This document shows positions 40,015-50,241 of a DNA stretch of 64,000 nucleotides, in pieces. How positions within the stretch are numbered: position 1 is the first letter of the stretch; every line of letters begins with the position of its first letter. The translations under genes were made by a program, and so were the position numbers. Source of the DNA: Nitrospirae bacterium UBA2233 (GTDB taxonomy: Bacteria > UBA2233); NCBI GenBank assembly GCA_002347965.1, contig DDYN01000031.1, positions 20,177 through 84,176 on the forward strand. Direction: 5' to 3'. Below the pieces are notes generated by a model. The model had not been told where the DNA came from, made no database searches, and saw nothing but the letters and a program-made list of their open reading frames with translations.

Positions 40015-42487
40015 GGTTAAGCAACCTGCCCGGAACGTACACAACCCGCATAACTTCCTTTCCTTCAAGAAGCTTTTTTATCTTTTCGCTCTGGAGGGCG
40101 ACTCGATAAACTTCCTCTTGGCTTGCCTCGCCGTTGAAGACAAGCGTTTCTCTTACTTTGCCGTTCACTTGAACAACCATCTCTTTAGCAGGGCTCTCGA
40201 TCGTTCCAGGCTCAACCCTCGGCCAGGAAGCCTGCATGGCAAACCCATTCTCCCCCATGAGGGCACGCAACTCATCGGCATGGTGGGGGGCAAAAGGCGC
40301 AAGCAGGAGGGCGTAGCGCTTGAGCGCACCCAGGAAGGCAAGCCTTCCCTCTGCGGAATCAAGCAGGCCGTTAAGCTCGGTAAGGCTGTTCAGGCATTCC
40401 ATGAGAGCAGCAACGGCCGTGTTGAGGTGCTGCCTTTCGATATCCTGGCTAACCTTGTGCGTAGCGCGCAGAATGGCCATTTCCAGCGCCCTCAGAGATT
40501 CTCTATTGCCCTCCTGAACCAGAAAGGGGCGTTTGAGGCTTTGGGCAACCTCCTGAAACAACCGCCAGACGCGGGACAAGAAGCGTGCGCAGCCCTCTAT
40601 CCCTTTTTCGTTCCACTCCAGGTCTTTTTCCGGAGGGGCCGCAAACACCATGAACAACCTAACCACGTCCGCCCCGTATTTCGCGACCATGTCGTCCGGG
40701 TCGACGACGTTCCCTTTGGATTTACTCATCTTCGACCCGTCCTTGATCACCATCCCCTGCGTGAGCAGTCGGGCAAAGGGCTCGTCGAAGCGCAAGACTC
40801 CCGTCGCCTTAAGCAGCCTCGTAAAGAACCGTGCGTAAAGAAGATGCAGGACGGCGTGCTCGATCCCCCCGATGTACTGATCGACGGGATTCCAGTAATG
40901 GACTCTGGCTGTATCGAGCGGGCCGGCTTCGTAATCGGAGCATGTGTAACGCAGAAAGTACCACGAGGATTCCACGAACGTGTCCATCGTGTCCGCCTCG
41001 CGCCTGGCTGGCCCTCCACAGTTTGGACAAACGGTTTGAAGGAATTCCTCGAGCTTGGCAAGGCCAAAACCAGGAGCAATCTTGCGGGACAAATCAATCG
41101 GAAGAACGACAGGGAGTTGATCGTCTGGCACGGGAACGACCCCGCAGACCTCGCAGTAGACGACGGGAATGGGCACCCCCCAGTACCGTTGTCTAGAAAT
41201 TCCCCAGTCTTTTAGCCTGTATTGCACGACCCCCTTGCCCACGCCAAGCGATTCAAGCTTGGAGATAATCGCCCGCCTCGCCTCCTCGGAGGGCATACCG
41301 GAAAACTCGCCCGAGTTTACCAGCACGCCGTCGTCCTCGAACGCGGCAGGCTCCATGGGGTGAGAACCATCCGCAGGTCGAACAACCTCCGCAATCAAAA
41401 GGCCCATTTCCTCGGCGAATTCGAAGTCGCGGCTGTCGTGGGCGGGGACACCCATGACGGCCCCCGTTCCGTAGGCTGTCAGGACAAAGTTGGCGGCAAG
41501 CAGCGGGACTTTCTCGCCCGTCAGCGGATGAATGGCCTCAAGTCCCAAAAGGACACCTTTTTTACTCAGCTCGGTCTCAAAGCGGCTGGAGAGCTTTTCT
41601 TGCCTTAGCGCTTCGATTTCCCTCCACACCGCCTGTTGAATGCGGCCCGTTTGGTACCAGGAGTCGAGTATATCGTGCTCGAGTGCGAGCGCCACGAACG
41701 TCACGCCAAAAAGCGTGTCCGCGCGCGTGGTGAACACCTCGAGCGTGTCTTGAGTTTCGTCGACGGGAAACCGTACGAGCGCCCCGTGTGATTTCCCAAT
41801 CCAGTTGCGTTGCATAGCGCGGACCTTTTCTGGCCAGCCGTCTAACGTTTCAAGCCCCTCCAAGAGTCCCTCGGCAAACGCGGTAATCCTAAGGAACCAT
41901 CCTTCCATCTGCTTGAGGATTGCCGATGAACCACACCGCCAACACCGCCCCTCCAGGACCTGCTCGTTGGCCAGCACGGTCTGGCATTTGGGACAGAAGT
42001 TCACCATGGAGGGCTTTTTGTACGCGTAGCCTTGCTTAAGGAAACGGAGGAACATCCACTGCTCCCAGCGGTAGTACGCAGGGTCGCACGTCACCACCTC
42101 CCGGCTCCAGTCGTAGCTAAACCCGAAGCGTTTGAGCTGCGCCTTCATGGTGGCGATGTTTTCGTACGTCCATTTCGCGGGGTGCACGCCGTGCTCGATG
42201 GCCGCATTCTCGGCAGGAAGGCCAAAGGCATCCCATCCCATCGGATGCAGGACGTTCTTCCCTTGCATGCGAAGATAGCGGGCCAGAACATCGCCGATCG
42301 TGTAGTTCCGGATATGGCCCATGTGGATCCTTCCGGAAGGATAAGGAAGCATCTCGAGGACGTAATACTTTTGCCTGTCCGTTTCCTCGAATACGCGATG
42401 AAGGCCAGCCTCTTCCCAGCGTTCCTGCCAGAAAGCTTCCAACGCATTCGGGGCATACTTGGCTTGCTCGTTCGTGGTCATGCTCAA
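40001..42487 (-). CDS. leuS: Leucine--tRNA ligase
   Basis: PYPSG.IHMGH, GTGAVMGVPAHD, DWGISRQRYWG, GGIEHA and KMSKSKGN. Confidence 0.98.
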   Translation of the reverse strand: MSMTTNEQAKYAPNALEAFWQERWEEAGLHRVFEETDRQKYYVLEMLPYPSGRIHMGHIRNYTIGDVLARYLRMQGKNVLHPMGWDAFGLPAENAAIEHGVHPAKWTYENIATMKAQLKRFGFSYDWSREVVTCDPAYYRWEQWMFLRFLKQGYAYKKPSMVNFCPKCQTVLANEQVLEGRCWRCGSSAILKQMEGWFLRITAFAEGLLEGLETLDGWPEKVRAMQRNWIGKSHGALVRFPVDETQDTLEVFTTRADTLFGVTFVALALEHDILDSWYQTGRIQQAVWREIEALRQEKLSSRFETELSKKGVLLGLEAIHPLTGEKVPLLAANFVLTAYGTGAVMGVPAHDSRDFEFAEEMGLLIAEVVRPADGSHPMEPAAFEDDGVLVNSGEFSGMPSEEARRAIISKLESLGVGKGVVQYRLKDWGISRQRYWGVPIPVVYCEVCGVVPVPDDQLPVVLPIDLSRKIAPGFGLAKLEEFLQTVCPNCGGPARREADTMDTFVESSWYFLRYTCSDYEAGPLDTARVHYWNPVDQYIGGIEHAVLHLLYARFFTRLLKATGVLRFDEPFARLLTQGMVIKDGSKMSKSKGNVVDPDDMVAKYGADVVRLFMVFAAPPEKDLEWNEKGIEGCARFLSRVWRLFQEVAQSLKRPFLVQEGNRESLRALEMAILRATHKVSQDIERQHLNTAVAALMECLNSLTELNGLLDSAEGRLAFLGALKRYALLLAPFAPHHADELRALMGENGFAMQASWPRVEPGTIESPAKEMVVQVNGKVRETLVFNGEASQEEVYRVALQSEKIKKLLEGKEVMRVVYVPGRLLNLVTR

Positions 42488-42492
42488 AAACC

Positions 42493-44241
42493 CTATTCAA
42501 CAAAGAAGCGCTGAGTAATGGGCATGCGCCTGTCTTTACCGAACGCCTTGGGGGTAATCTTTACACCGGGCGGGGCCTGCCTTCGCTTGTATTCGTTCGA
42601 GTCAACCATCCGAATCACGCGCCTTACGACCTCCTCGGAAAAGCCCAACCCTACAATCTCTTTCAAGCTCGCATCCTCCTCAACGTAGGCATGCAGGATT
42701 GTGTCCAAATCCCGGTAAGGGGGAAGCAAATCCTCGTCTTTTTGGTCCTGTTTGAGCTCTGCAGAAGGAGGCCTAAAAATCACCTCTTCCGGAATGAGCG
42801 AGAACCCCGCCTTTTGATTCACAAGATGTGCCAGCTCGTAAACGAGCGTTTTTGGGACATCCTTGATCAGCGCGAACCCCCCGGCCAGATCCCCGTAAAG
42901 CGTGCAGTAGCCGACGCTGAGCTCGGATTTGTTCCCTGTGGCCAACACGAGGTAGCCCAGTTTGTTCGACACGGCCATCAAGAGATTACCCCGAATGCGC
43001 GCCTGGATGTTCTCCTCTGCCGTCCCATGGGGAAGATCGTGGAAGTGGGGCTCAAGGTCGGCAAGGTAGGAAGAAAACGTGTTGTCGATCGGCATGGACC
43101 AGACTTCGACCCCAAGGTTCTCGGAAAGCTGTTTGATGCACTGAAAGGACAATTCCGAAGTAAAACGCGAAGGCATGGATACGGCAAGCACGTTTTCTTT
43201 CCCTAGCGTCAATACGGCCAACGAGGCGACAAGCGCGCTGTCAATACCGCCGCTTAAACCCACGACTACCCTGGAAAAGCCGTTTTTGGTCACGTAGTCT
43301 TCGAGCCCTAGCTTTAGGGCCTCGAGCACTTCTTCTTGATCGGAAAGCGGATAGGGCACCCCTACAGGAGGGAGCGGAGGCTTGGGTTCAGCGGTTAGGG
43401 CGTTAGGGAGCTCAACTGCGCCCATGCCTACATTGTACGAGCCATCTATACCCATGAGTTCCTTGCGCAACCTTGGGTTCCGCAGCTGTCGCCTGAAGGG
43501 CTCGGGAACCTTTAAGTCGAACACGACGGAGTCTTCCTCGAAGGCCTTGGCCTTTGCAGGGATCGAGCCGTCCGAGTCGAACACGGCGGAGTTGCCGTCA
43601 AAGACGAGTTCGTCCTGACCGCCCACCAAGTTACAAACCAACACAGGGCAGCCGTAATCCAGCGCCCTGGTCTGAAACATGCGCTCCCTTTGGAGCGTTT
43701 TGCCCCGCTGGTAGGGCGAGGCCGAGATGTTCACCAAAACATCCGCACGGCCTTGGAAGGCTTCATCCTTGCACACCCCCGAAGGCAGCCAAAGGTCTTC
43801 GCAAATGCTGAGCCCTATGCGGACGCCCATGTCGAGCAACGCCATAGCCGTACCTGGCCGGAAGTACCTGTCCTCGTCGAAGACGCCGTAGGTAGGAAGG
43901 TTCCGCTTTCGGTAGCGGGCAATCATTTGCCCGGCATGAAGGACTGCCATGGTGTTGTAGATGTCGAAATCCGAATCCACGCCCCCCAAGAGGACAACCT
44001 CTCGATGGACGGTTTGAGCAATGGCTTCCATCGCCTCTTTTGCCGCCCGAATGAAGTAGGGTTTTAACAGCAAGTCCTCCGGCGGGTAGCCCGTAATCGC
44101 CATCTCCGGGAATACGATGAGGTCCGCCTGAAGCTTTCTTGACCAGGCAATCTTTTCAAGAATTTTGAGCTTATTGCCCGAAATATCCCCAACCGTAACG
44201 TTGACCTGCATAAGGGCGACCCGAAGCGTAGGCATACTCAT
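42493..44241 (-). CDS. nadE: Glutamine-dependent NAD+ synthetase
   Basis: Nitrilase-like domain (FPE, K, ICED) plus GLSGGIDS, ENIQAR, TGNKSE and PSAEL. Confidence 0.97.
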   Translation of the reverse strand: MSMPTLRVALMQVNVTVGDISGNKLKILEKIAWSRKLQADLIVFPEMAITGYPPEDLLLKPYFIRAAKEAMEAIAQTVHREVVLLGGVDSDFDIYNTMAVLHAGQMIARYRKRNLPTYGVFDEDRYFRPGTAMALLDMGVRIGLSICEDLWLPSGVCKDEAFQGRADVLVNISASPYQRGKTLQRERMFQTRALDYGCPVLVCNLVGGQDELVFDGNSAVFDSDGSIPAKAKAFEEDSVVFDLKVPEPFRRQLRNPRLRKELMGIDGSYNVGMGAVELPNALTAEPKPPLPPVGVPYPLSDQEEVLEALKLGLEDYVTKNGFSRVVVGLSGGIDSALVASLAVLTLGKENVLAVSMPSRFTSELSFQCIKQLSENLGVEVWSMPIDNTFSSYLADLEPHFHDLPHGTAEENIQARIRGNLLMAVSNKLGYLVLATGNKSELSVGYCTLYGDLAGGFALIKDVPKTLVYELAHLVNQKAGFSLIPEEVIFRPPSAELKQDQKDEDLLPPYRDLDTILHAYVEEDASLKEIVGLGFSEEVVRRVIRMVDSNEYKRRQAPPGVKITPKAFGKDRRMPITQRFFVE

Positions 44242-44903
44242 TCACCCTTCTCGTGTGGCGCATGGCGGATGTCCTTGCCCTGAACCATGAACACGATCAT
44301 CTCGGCGATGTTCGTCGTATGGTCTCCTACCCTTTCTAAGCTCTTGGCGATGGAAGAAAGGGCGAGAGCCTTCCGGATGTTCTTCGGGTCTTCCATCATG
44401 TAGGTCAGAAGCTCCCGAAACACTTGAATGTTGAGGTCATCGACAAACTGGTCGTCCGCAATCACGTCTTGGGCAAGCTCGACGTCCCCTTCGAAGAAGG
44501 CGTCCAAGCTCCTGCGGATCATCTTGCGTACCTGCTCGGCCATTCTGGGCAGGTCCACGTAGGGCTTTAAAGGGGGCTCATTGACGATTTCCAACACCCT
44601 TTCGCCGATGTTGACAAGAAGGTCCCCGATTCGCTCCAGATCTGTCGTAATCTTTATGGCCGTGAACACAAACCTGAGGTCTTTGGCCGCCGGCTGTTTT
44701 AGAACGATCATATTCCTAGAAATCCTGTCGATCTCGAGCTCAAGCTGGTCGATCTTGTCGTCAGATTCGATAACCATCTGGGCCTTCCGTTCGTCCTTTT
44801 CGACGAGCGCGCCGAGCGCCATTTCAAGGCGCTCTTCGATCATCGCCCCCATCTTGAGGATCAGCCTTCGTACCTCCAGGATGTCTTCGTCGATTCTTCG
44901 CAT
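44238..44903 (-). CDS. phoU: Phosphate signalling complex protein PhoU (start ATG 44903)
   Basis: QPAAKDLR, DLERIGD and LERVGDH..NIAE. Confidence 0.96.
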   Translation of the reverse strand: MRRIDEDILEVRRLILKMGAMIEERLEMALGALVEKDERKAQMVIESDDKIDQLELEIDRISRNMIVLKQPAAKDLRFVFTAIKITTDLERIGDLLVNIGERVLEIVNEPPLKPYVDLPRMAEQVRKMIRRSLDAFFEGDVELAQDVIADDQFVDDLNIQVFRELLTYMMEDPKNIRKALALSSIAKSLERVGDHTTNIAEMIVFMVQGKDIRHAPHEKGE

Positions 44904-44917
44904 TTTTTGCCTAAAAC

Positions 44918-45682
44918 CTAGCCGAATTTTCCGGTAATGTAGTCTTCCGTTTCCTTCTTGGTCGGGGTGACAAAGATCGCCTCGGTCTTGTCGTACTCGA
45001 TCAAGCGGCCCATGTAGAAGAATGCAGTGGAGTCGCTGCACCTTGCCGCCTGCTGCATGTTGTGCGTAACGATGACGATCGTGTACGAGCTCTTCAAGTC
45101 TTGAATCAACTCTTCGAGCTTTGCCGTTGCAATCGGGTCGAGCGCGGAGGCCGGCTCATCCAAAAGAAGAATCTTCGGGCCTACTGCCAAGGCCCTGGCT
45201 ATGCAAAGCCGCTGCTGCTGCCCCCCCGAAAGGCCGAGTGCGGGTTCTCTAAGCCTGTCTTTAACCTCGTCAAACAGCCCGGCCCTTCGCAGGCTATCCT
45301 CGACGATAGCATCCAAATCTCTTGCGCCGCGAACCCCGTGCAACTTCGGGCCAAACGCCACGTTGTCGTAGATGGACTTAGGGAAGGGGTTGGCCTTCTG
45401 GAACACCATCCCTACGTTTTTGCGAAGCTGGGCCACATCCACACCGTTGTTGTAGATATCGGCCCCTTCGATCGTCACCCGGCCTTCTACCCTGGCCCCT
45501 GGGACAAGCTCGTGCATACGGTTCAATACCTTGAGGAACGTCGATTTTCCGCAGCCTGACGGGCCAATCAGCGCGGTGATCTGGTTGCGGTAAATCTCGA
45601 TGCCGACACCAAACAGCGCCTGTTTCTTGCCGTAAAAAAAGTTAAGCCCCTCGACTAGAATCGAAACCCTGCCGTTCGCCAT
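44918..45682 (-). CDS. pstB: Phosphate ABC transporter ATP-binding protein (start 45682 or 45691)
   Basis: [40 protein letters not shown] and DYITGKFG. Confidence 0.97.
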   Translation of the reverse strand: MANGRVSILVEGLNFFYGKKQALFGVGIEIYRNQITALIGPSGCGKSTFLKVLNRMHELVPGARVEGRVTIEGADIYNNGVDVAQLRKNVGMVFQKANPFPKSIYDNVAFGPKLHGVRGARDLDAIVEDSLRRAGLFDEVKDRLREPALGLSGGQQQRLCIARALAVGPKILLLDEPASALDPIATAKLEELIQDLKSSYTIVIVTHNMQQAARCSDSTAFFYMGRLIEYDKTEAIFVTPTKKETEDYITGKFG

Positions 45683-45704
45683 AATAAACACAACCCTCCA
45701 TGAG

Positions 45705-46481
45705 TCAGGCTGACGGAACGAATAAAGACCCTAGCGTGACTTGAGGAAGCGCGGCAAAGCTCCGTATGGACTCAAGAACGCCAGAAAAATACCCCTTGCA
45801 CTCGATGTCTCCAGGATGAAACTCTACACGTAGAACGGGCGAACGCTGCACTCGAACGCCAAGGCGGACGTACGGAAGGGCAAACACCCTCCGAAGCGGG
45901 GTTCGAACAGACCCGGAGATGACCTTCGAGCGAACACCAAGCCTTTGACGGAAGTCTACAAGCCACCCAAAGGTTGCAAGCGAACGAAACCCGGCCATTT
46001 GTACCGCAGCCCATTGTTTCCTGGAAAGCATCCAGGCGGGGGCAACAAACCCCCCCGGGGAAAGTCCGGCCTGCGATAGTATTTCAAGGCCCTCTTGAAG
46101 GCGCTCGAGGAGGTAGGGTTCAGCCATACCCAAACACTCCCCTTCCCCGTTGGTCGCCACTCTTTGCAGGACACGCCTATGGGCCCATTTTAAGCCTTTT
46201 GCCAGAGATGGATCCCAGCGGTGAAGAATACCGTGCATCGCCACGTCGTCTCCCTTGGCCGTTCTCTCTTTGACATACTTCACGAGCCTGGCTTCCTGCG
46301 AAAACTTCAGCCTGCCATGATACCACGGAACGGCAAGCAGCGTTACCCGCTCCACCCCGACCGTCTCCAGCGCACGCCGGATGGCCACAACCTGGCAAAA
46401 GCTTCCGGGGTATACGTCATGAATGGCGACGTAAAGAGACTTACTGGCCAAAAAGGCTTCTTTGATCCCGCAGGGCAACAT
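45705..46481 (-). CDS. DUF2334 / CE4-like polysaccharide deacetylase family protein (start uncertain)
   Basis: IHDV, MHG..H, GFVAPAW and HP.D motifs. Confidence 0.8.
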   Translation of the reverse strand: MLPCGIKEAFLASKSLYVAIHDVYPGSFCQVVAIRRALETVGVERVTLLAVPWYHGRLKFSQEARLVKYVKERTAKGDDVAMHGILHRWDPSLAKGLKWAHRRVLQRVATNGEGECLGMAEPYLLERLQEGLEILSQAGLSPGGFVAPAWMLSRKQWAAVQMAGFRSLATFGWLVDFRQRLGVRSKVISGSVRTPLRRVFALPYVRLGVRVQRSPVLRVEFHPGDIECKGYFSGVLESIRSFAALPQVTLGSLFVPSA

Positions 46482-47613
46482 ACAAAGCCTTCAGCGATTC
46501 GAACGTACGGTTCCAACTGAAACGATCAAGGACAAGCCTCCTTGCAAGCGAACCCAAGCGTTCGCGATCCATACCGAGAACTTTCGCAACGACATCGGCA
46601 AACGCGCCCGGAGAGGGGTCTGCAACGGGAAAGCTTGCTTGTCCCATGTCGGCACACAGAAACCCGAGGTTTTTTTGGAATACCACGGGCGTCCCGGAAG
46701 ACAGCGCTTCGAGCGCGGCCAAGCCGAACGTCTCGTAACGGCTTGGCATCACCAGCACGTCCACGCTCGCGTACAGCACGGAAAGCGTTTGTTTTGGCAG
46801 ATAGCCCAAGTACCGAACCGCTTGTGGGTATTCCCGCTGAAGCTCCAGGGCTTGGGGGCTCATAGGCCCGTCCCCCGCGATCAGGCAATTTGTAGCCATT
46901 CTTTCCCAAAGCATGCGCTGCATCTCGAGAAATAGCGGAAAACACTTGTCTTTACTAAGCCTGCCAACGTAAAGAACCGAGGGGAGCGAGGGGTCTAGCC
47001 CTAAGGCTTGGAGCAGTTGAGGGTTACGTTTTTCTGGGGCAAACAATGAGGTATCCACACCGAGGCTCACGAGCGTTGCGTTTTCGATTCCTAATCGCCT
47101 CAGCTTGTCTAATAGGGGTTGGCTAGCGGCAAGCGTGGCATCGAACCGGTTATAGAGGGCCTTTGTGTATTTAAGCGCGATCGTATACGGAAGGCTTGCA
47201 AGCCGCCATGTATTCCAATTCTGGGCAGATACCCGAAAATATGTATCCGAGAAATCGCTGTGGTAAAACCCGACGCATGGAACCTTCCGAGTCCTGGCGT
47301 AGTACAACGCGCTCCAGGGCAAAAGGTCCGGAGAGCCTACTTCAAGCACATCAGGCGCTTCTTTTCTCAAGATTCGAAGGCATGCGAGCGGGTTTAGAAT
47401 GAGCCGGTACTGCATGTTCCATGGAACGGGCATCCCGTGCACCCTGTAGATTTTCCTACCCGGCACCTCGAGGACCTCATTCCGTTTGTAAGGCACGATA
47501 AGCAGCTGCTTCCACGCGCCCGTCCTCACGCCATATTCGCCTTTGGCCTCAAGGTAGGTCTTGATCCCACCGCTCCTTTCCGAGTAGAACTGCGTAAGGT
47601 CGCAAACGTACAT
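46441..47613 (-). CDS. GT4 (GT-B) glycosyltransferase
   Basis: FYSERSGGIKTY, YHSDF, GVD...F.P, YVGRLSKDK and ETFGLAALEA. Confidence 0.92.
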   Translation of the reverse strand: MYVCDLTQFYSERSGGIKTYLEAKGEYGVRTGAWKQLLIVPYKRNEVLEVPGRKIYRVHGMPVPWNMQYRLILNPLACLRILRKEAPDVLEVGSPDLLPWSALYYARTRKVPCVGFYHSDFSDTYFRVSAQNWNTWRLASLPYTIALKYTKALYNRFDATLAASQPLLDKLRRLGIENATLVSLGVDTSLFAPEKRNPQLLQALGLDPSLPSVLYVGRLSKDKCFPLFLEMQRMLWERMATNCLIAGDGPMSPQALELQREYPQAVRYLGYLPKQTLSVLYASVDVLVMPSRYETFGLAALEALSSGTPVVFQKNLGFLCADMGQASFPVADPSPGAFADVVAKVLGMDRERLGSLARRLVLDRFSWNRTFESLKALYVALRDQRSLFGQ

Positions 47614-47648
47614 TTTCTGCGCTCCGGAGCGGTACGAGTGTTTTTTCC

Positions 47649-47678
47649 ATTGTACGCGCGTTCCTCACGATTCGGCAA
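47649..47678 (-). promoter_or_regulatory. Possible internal sigma70 promoter before GT4-DUF2334-pstB-phoU-nadE-leuS
   Basis: TTGCCG, 18 nt, TACAAT within the ~72-bp gap. Confidence 0.45.
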
Positions 47679-47685
47679 AGGGCTT

Positions 47686-50220
47686 TCAAGAAAGGCGCTT
47701 GAGGGCAAACGTCTCTCTTGCGTGCATTTGCCAAAATGCCTCAAACGCCTTGTCGAACGAACGGTTTTCCATGTAGCGCCTGGCCTCGATCATCATCTCC
47801 TGTCTTCTTGCTGGGCTCTCGAGTAGCTCTTCGATGGCCTTGACGAGCGCGAAGCTGCTCCCAGCCTTGAACACAAGGCCCGTCCTGCCTGCTTCAAGGT
47901 TCTCGGAGGGTCCGCCCTCATCGGCCACGACGACGGGGATACCGGAGGCTTGGGCTTCGAGGACGACGTTCCCAAACGTATCCGTCGAGGAGGGAAAGAC
48001 AAAAATATCGGCCGAAGCGTAAACGCTCGAGAGCTCTTCCCCTTCAAGCGGCCCTGTGAATGTAATGCCAGAACCTTCGTATTTTGCCTTCAGTGCCCCT
48101 AGATAAGGGCCATCTCCCACGACAACCAACTCGGCGGTCTTATGGCGCTCTTTGATAAAAAGGTAGGCATCGATCAGCAGGTCCAACCCCTTCTCTTTCG
48201 ATACTCTTCCCACGTACAGGAGCTTTGTTCCTCCGTTGTTCGAAAAATTTTTCCAGATATCTTGGTTGCGAAAGCGCGGATGAAAACGCTGAATGTCTAT
48301 CCCCCTCGGAAAAACCTTGATCTTATCCGGCGTAAAACCGTTTTGCACCAGTTGGTTCATCGTCGCCCTGGAGGGGACGAACACGATGTCCATCTGTTCG
48401 TAGTACCAGCGGATATATCGCCAGCTCATCTCCTCCATCGAAAAATCCCCCGTTAGGATCCGGACATACTGAGGGATGTCTGTGTGATAGATGCCGTTGA
48501 TCGGGATGTCCAAGAGCCTTGCAACCAACAGCCCGGCTAGTCCCATTGGGCCGGGCGTCGAAGAGATCACGGAGTCAAACCCCTCACGCTCGCAAAACTC
48601 CACGATGTCCAAGAAGGGCGGGACGTATAGCTTAATGCTCTCGTATTCCGGGATCGGGAATGTCAAGAGCGGAAGAAACTTGACGAATACGTCCTCTAGG
48701 TAGGCCTCAATTTTGGCGTTCTGCGGGCATGCCACGACTTTTAAGTCTTTGGCGCTCCTCTTGGCGGATCGTGCCATCTCGAGGATGGTCCTGGCTACGC
48801 CGTTGACGTCGAAGATGGTGTCCGAAAACCATACCCTCCTGTCTAAGGGTTCCCCGCGTAGGTCCTCTAGAAGGCCGAGCCCGTCTAGGACTTCACGAAT
48901 ACGCTTTTTGTCTTTGTTTTGATGGTGGTAGGAAAAAAAGTAAGGCATAAGGAACATTTGAACCATGGTAAGGGCGGAGAGGTGGTTAAAGTTGTCTAGA
49001 ATCTTGAAGGTTTTTAAGTTTTTTAAGAACTTCGAGACAAAGTTCAAAGTCATGTGCTGCGAGATGCCGGAAGCAAGCTTTAGGTAGTTGTCGTTTATCG
49101 CCTCCCACTTTGCCTCGTCCGTAGCCCAAAGGCCCGAAAGCTCTTCGCTATGCGTCAAAAAAGAGGCCCTTCGTCCAAGAATACGAAGGAGGGCTTGATC
49201 GCCCTTTGGGATGTCCTCTCTGGGCTCGTAGCGTTCGATGAGCCGTTTGACCTTTTTCGCGATCCCCGACTGGAGTGTGCCCTTGGCGCTGGACTTGGAG
49301 TTTTCTCCGTTGCTCCCCGACCCTTGGGAAATCTTGTCAAGCAACGAAAATAGCAAATCTTCCGGCTTTTTGGCCTCCTTGAGCACGTCCTTTGCTAAAA
49401 ACTGGTAAGCAATCGCGTATAAACTATGGGCAAGCCCCAGAGGCGAGCCGTACCGTCCTGCACCCCTGCTCTGGCCAGATCGAAGGAACGAAAGAAACTC
49501 TTCAGGCGTGGCAGCTTTGGGCACAACCGTGTAGGCATGGCCGACAAACAGGCCCCCGTGGTCGTCCGAACCCCCTGCCATACCTCGCCTTGTCTCAAGG
49601 ATAGGCTCGAGGTCCATCGGGTTTCGGTCGGCAAGCTCGAGCAGGAAGTCTCTCGTAAGGCACCCTAAAAGCCTCTCGAAGGCCATGCTCGTGATCGCTT
49701 TCCTCGAACCATTCACCGTCTCGAACGCAGGAAACAAGAGCAGCAACCTCTCGATATGGTAGCGCTTCAGGCGGTCGTTAATGGCATAGAAGGGGTGAGT
49801 CACGTAATGGACGACGTTCTTTTCGCGCAGATAAGCGACGAGCTCGTAGATATTGTCCCGCACGCTCGCAACATCCTCGTGAATCTTTTCGTCTATCCCT
49901 AGCACCTGGACGTGAATCTTGCAATCGTCCTCGGGAAAATACGTCGTGACTTCTTCGCCGACAATCACGTCCGGGTGGTGGGCGATTTCGAGCGCTCCGT
50001 CGATCACGTTATGGTCGGTGATCGTCACGAAGTCCATTCCTAGCGCCTTCTCCGTGGTGTACACCCAAGAAGGCTCGAGGTAGCACTCCTGGCAGCCTAG
50101 CCGCCTCAAGAGCCACTGCGTGGGCTTTGTGGAGTACTTTGAGTGAACGTGAAGATCGGCCACGGATACCAACGCCCGGTCTATATTCGAAGAAAGCGCT
50201 TTCCCTTGTTCGGTGTCCAT
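47686..50220 (-). CDS. PHP phosphoesterase domain fused to a GT4 glycosyltransferase
   Basis: N-terminal DLHVHS, ITDHN, GEEVT, THP and GGSDDH; C-terminal NGVA, YHTD, YVGRVSKEK and DTFGNVVLEA. Confidence 0.9.
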   Translation of the reverse strand: MDTEQGKALSSNIDRALVSVADLHVHSKYSTKPTQWLLRRLGCQECYLEPSWVYTTEKALGMDFVTITDHNVIDGALEIAHHPDVIVGEEVTTYFPEDDCKIHVQVLGIDEKIHEDVASVRDNIYELVAYLREKNVVHYVTHPFYAINDRLKRYHIERLLLLFPAFETVNGSRKAITSMAFERLLGCLTRDFLLELADRNPMDLEPILETRRGMAGGSDDHGGLFVGHAYTVVPKAATPEEFLSFLRSGQSRGAGRYGSPLGLAHSLYAIAYQFLAKDVLKEAKKPEDLLFSLLDKISQGSGSNGENSKSSAKGTLQSGIAKKVKRLIERYEPREDIPKGDQALLRILGRRASFLTHSEELSGLWATDEAKWEAINDNYLKLASGISQHMTLNFVSKFLKNLKTFKILDNFNHLSALTMVQMFLMPYFFSYHHQNKDKKRIREVLDGLGLLEDLRGEPLDRRVWFSDTIFDVNGVARTILEMARSAKRSAKDLKVVACPQNAKIEAYLEDVFVKFLPLLTFPIPEYESIKLYVPPFLDIVEFCEREGFDSVISSTPGPMGLAGLLVARLLDIPINGIYHTDIPQYVRILTGDFSMEEMSWRYIRWYYEQMDIVFVPSRATMNQLVQNGFTPDKIKVFPRGIDIQRFHPRFRNQDIWKNFSNNGGTKLLYVGRVSKEKGLDLLIDAYLFIKERHKTAELVVVGDGPYLGALKAKYEGSGITFTGPLEGEELSSVYASADIFVFPSSTDTFGNVVLEAQASGIPVVVADEGGPSENLEAGRTGLVFKAGSSFALVKAIEELLESPARRQEMMIEARRYMENRSFDKAFEAFWQMHARETFALKRLS

Positions 50221-50241
50221 ACCTTATTCCCTCTTAGGGTT

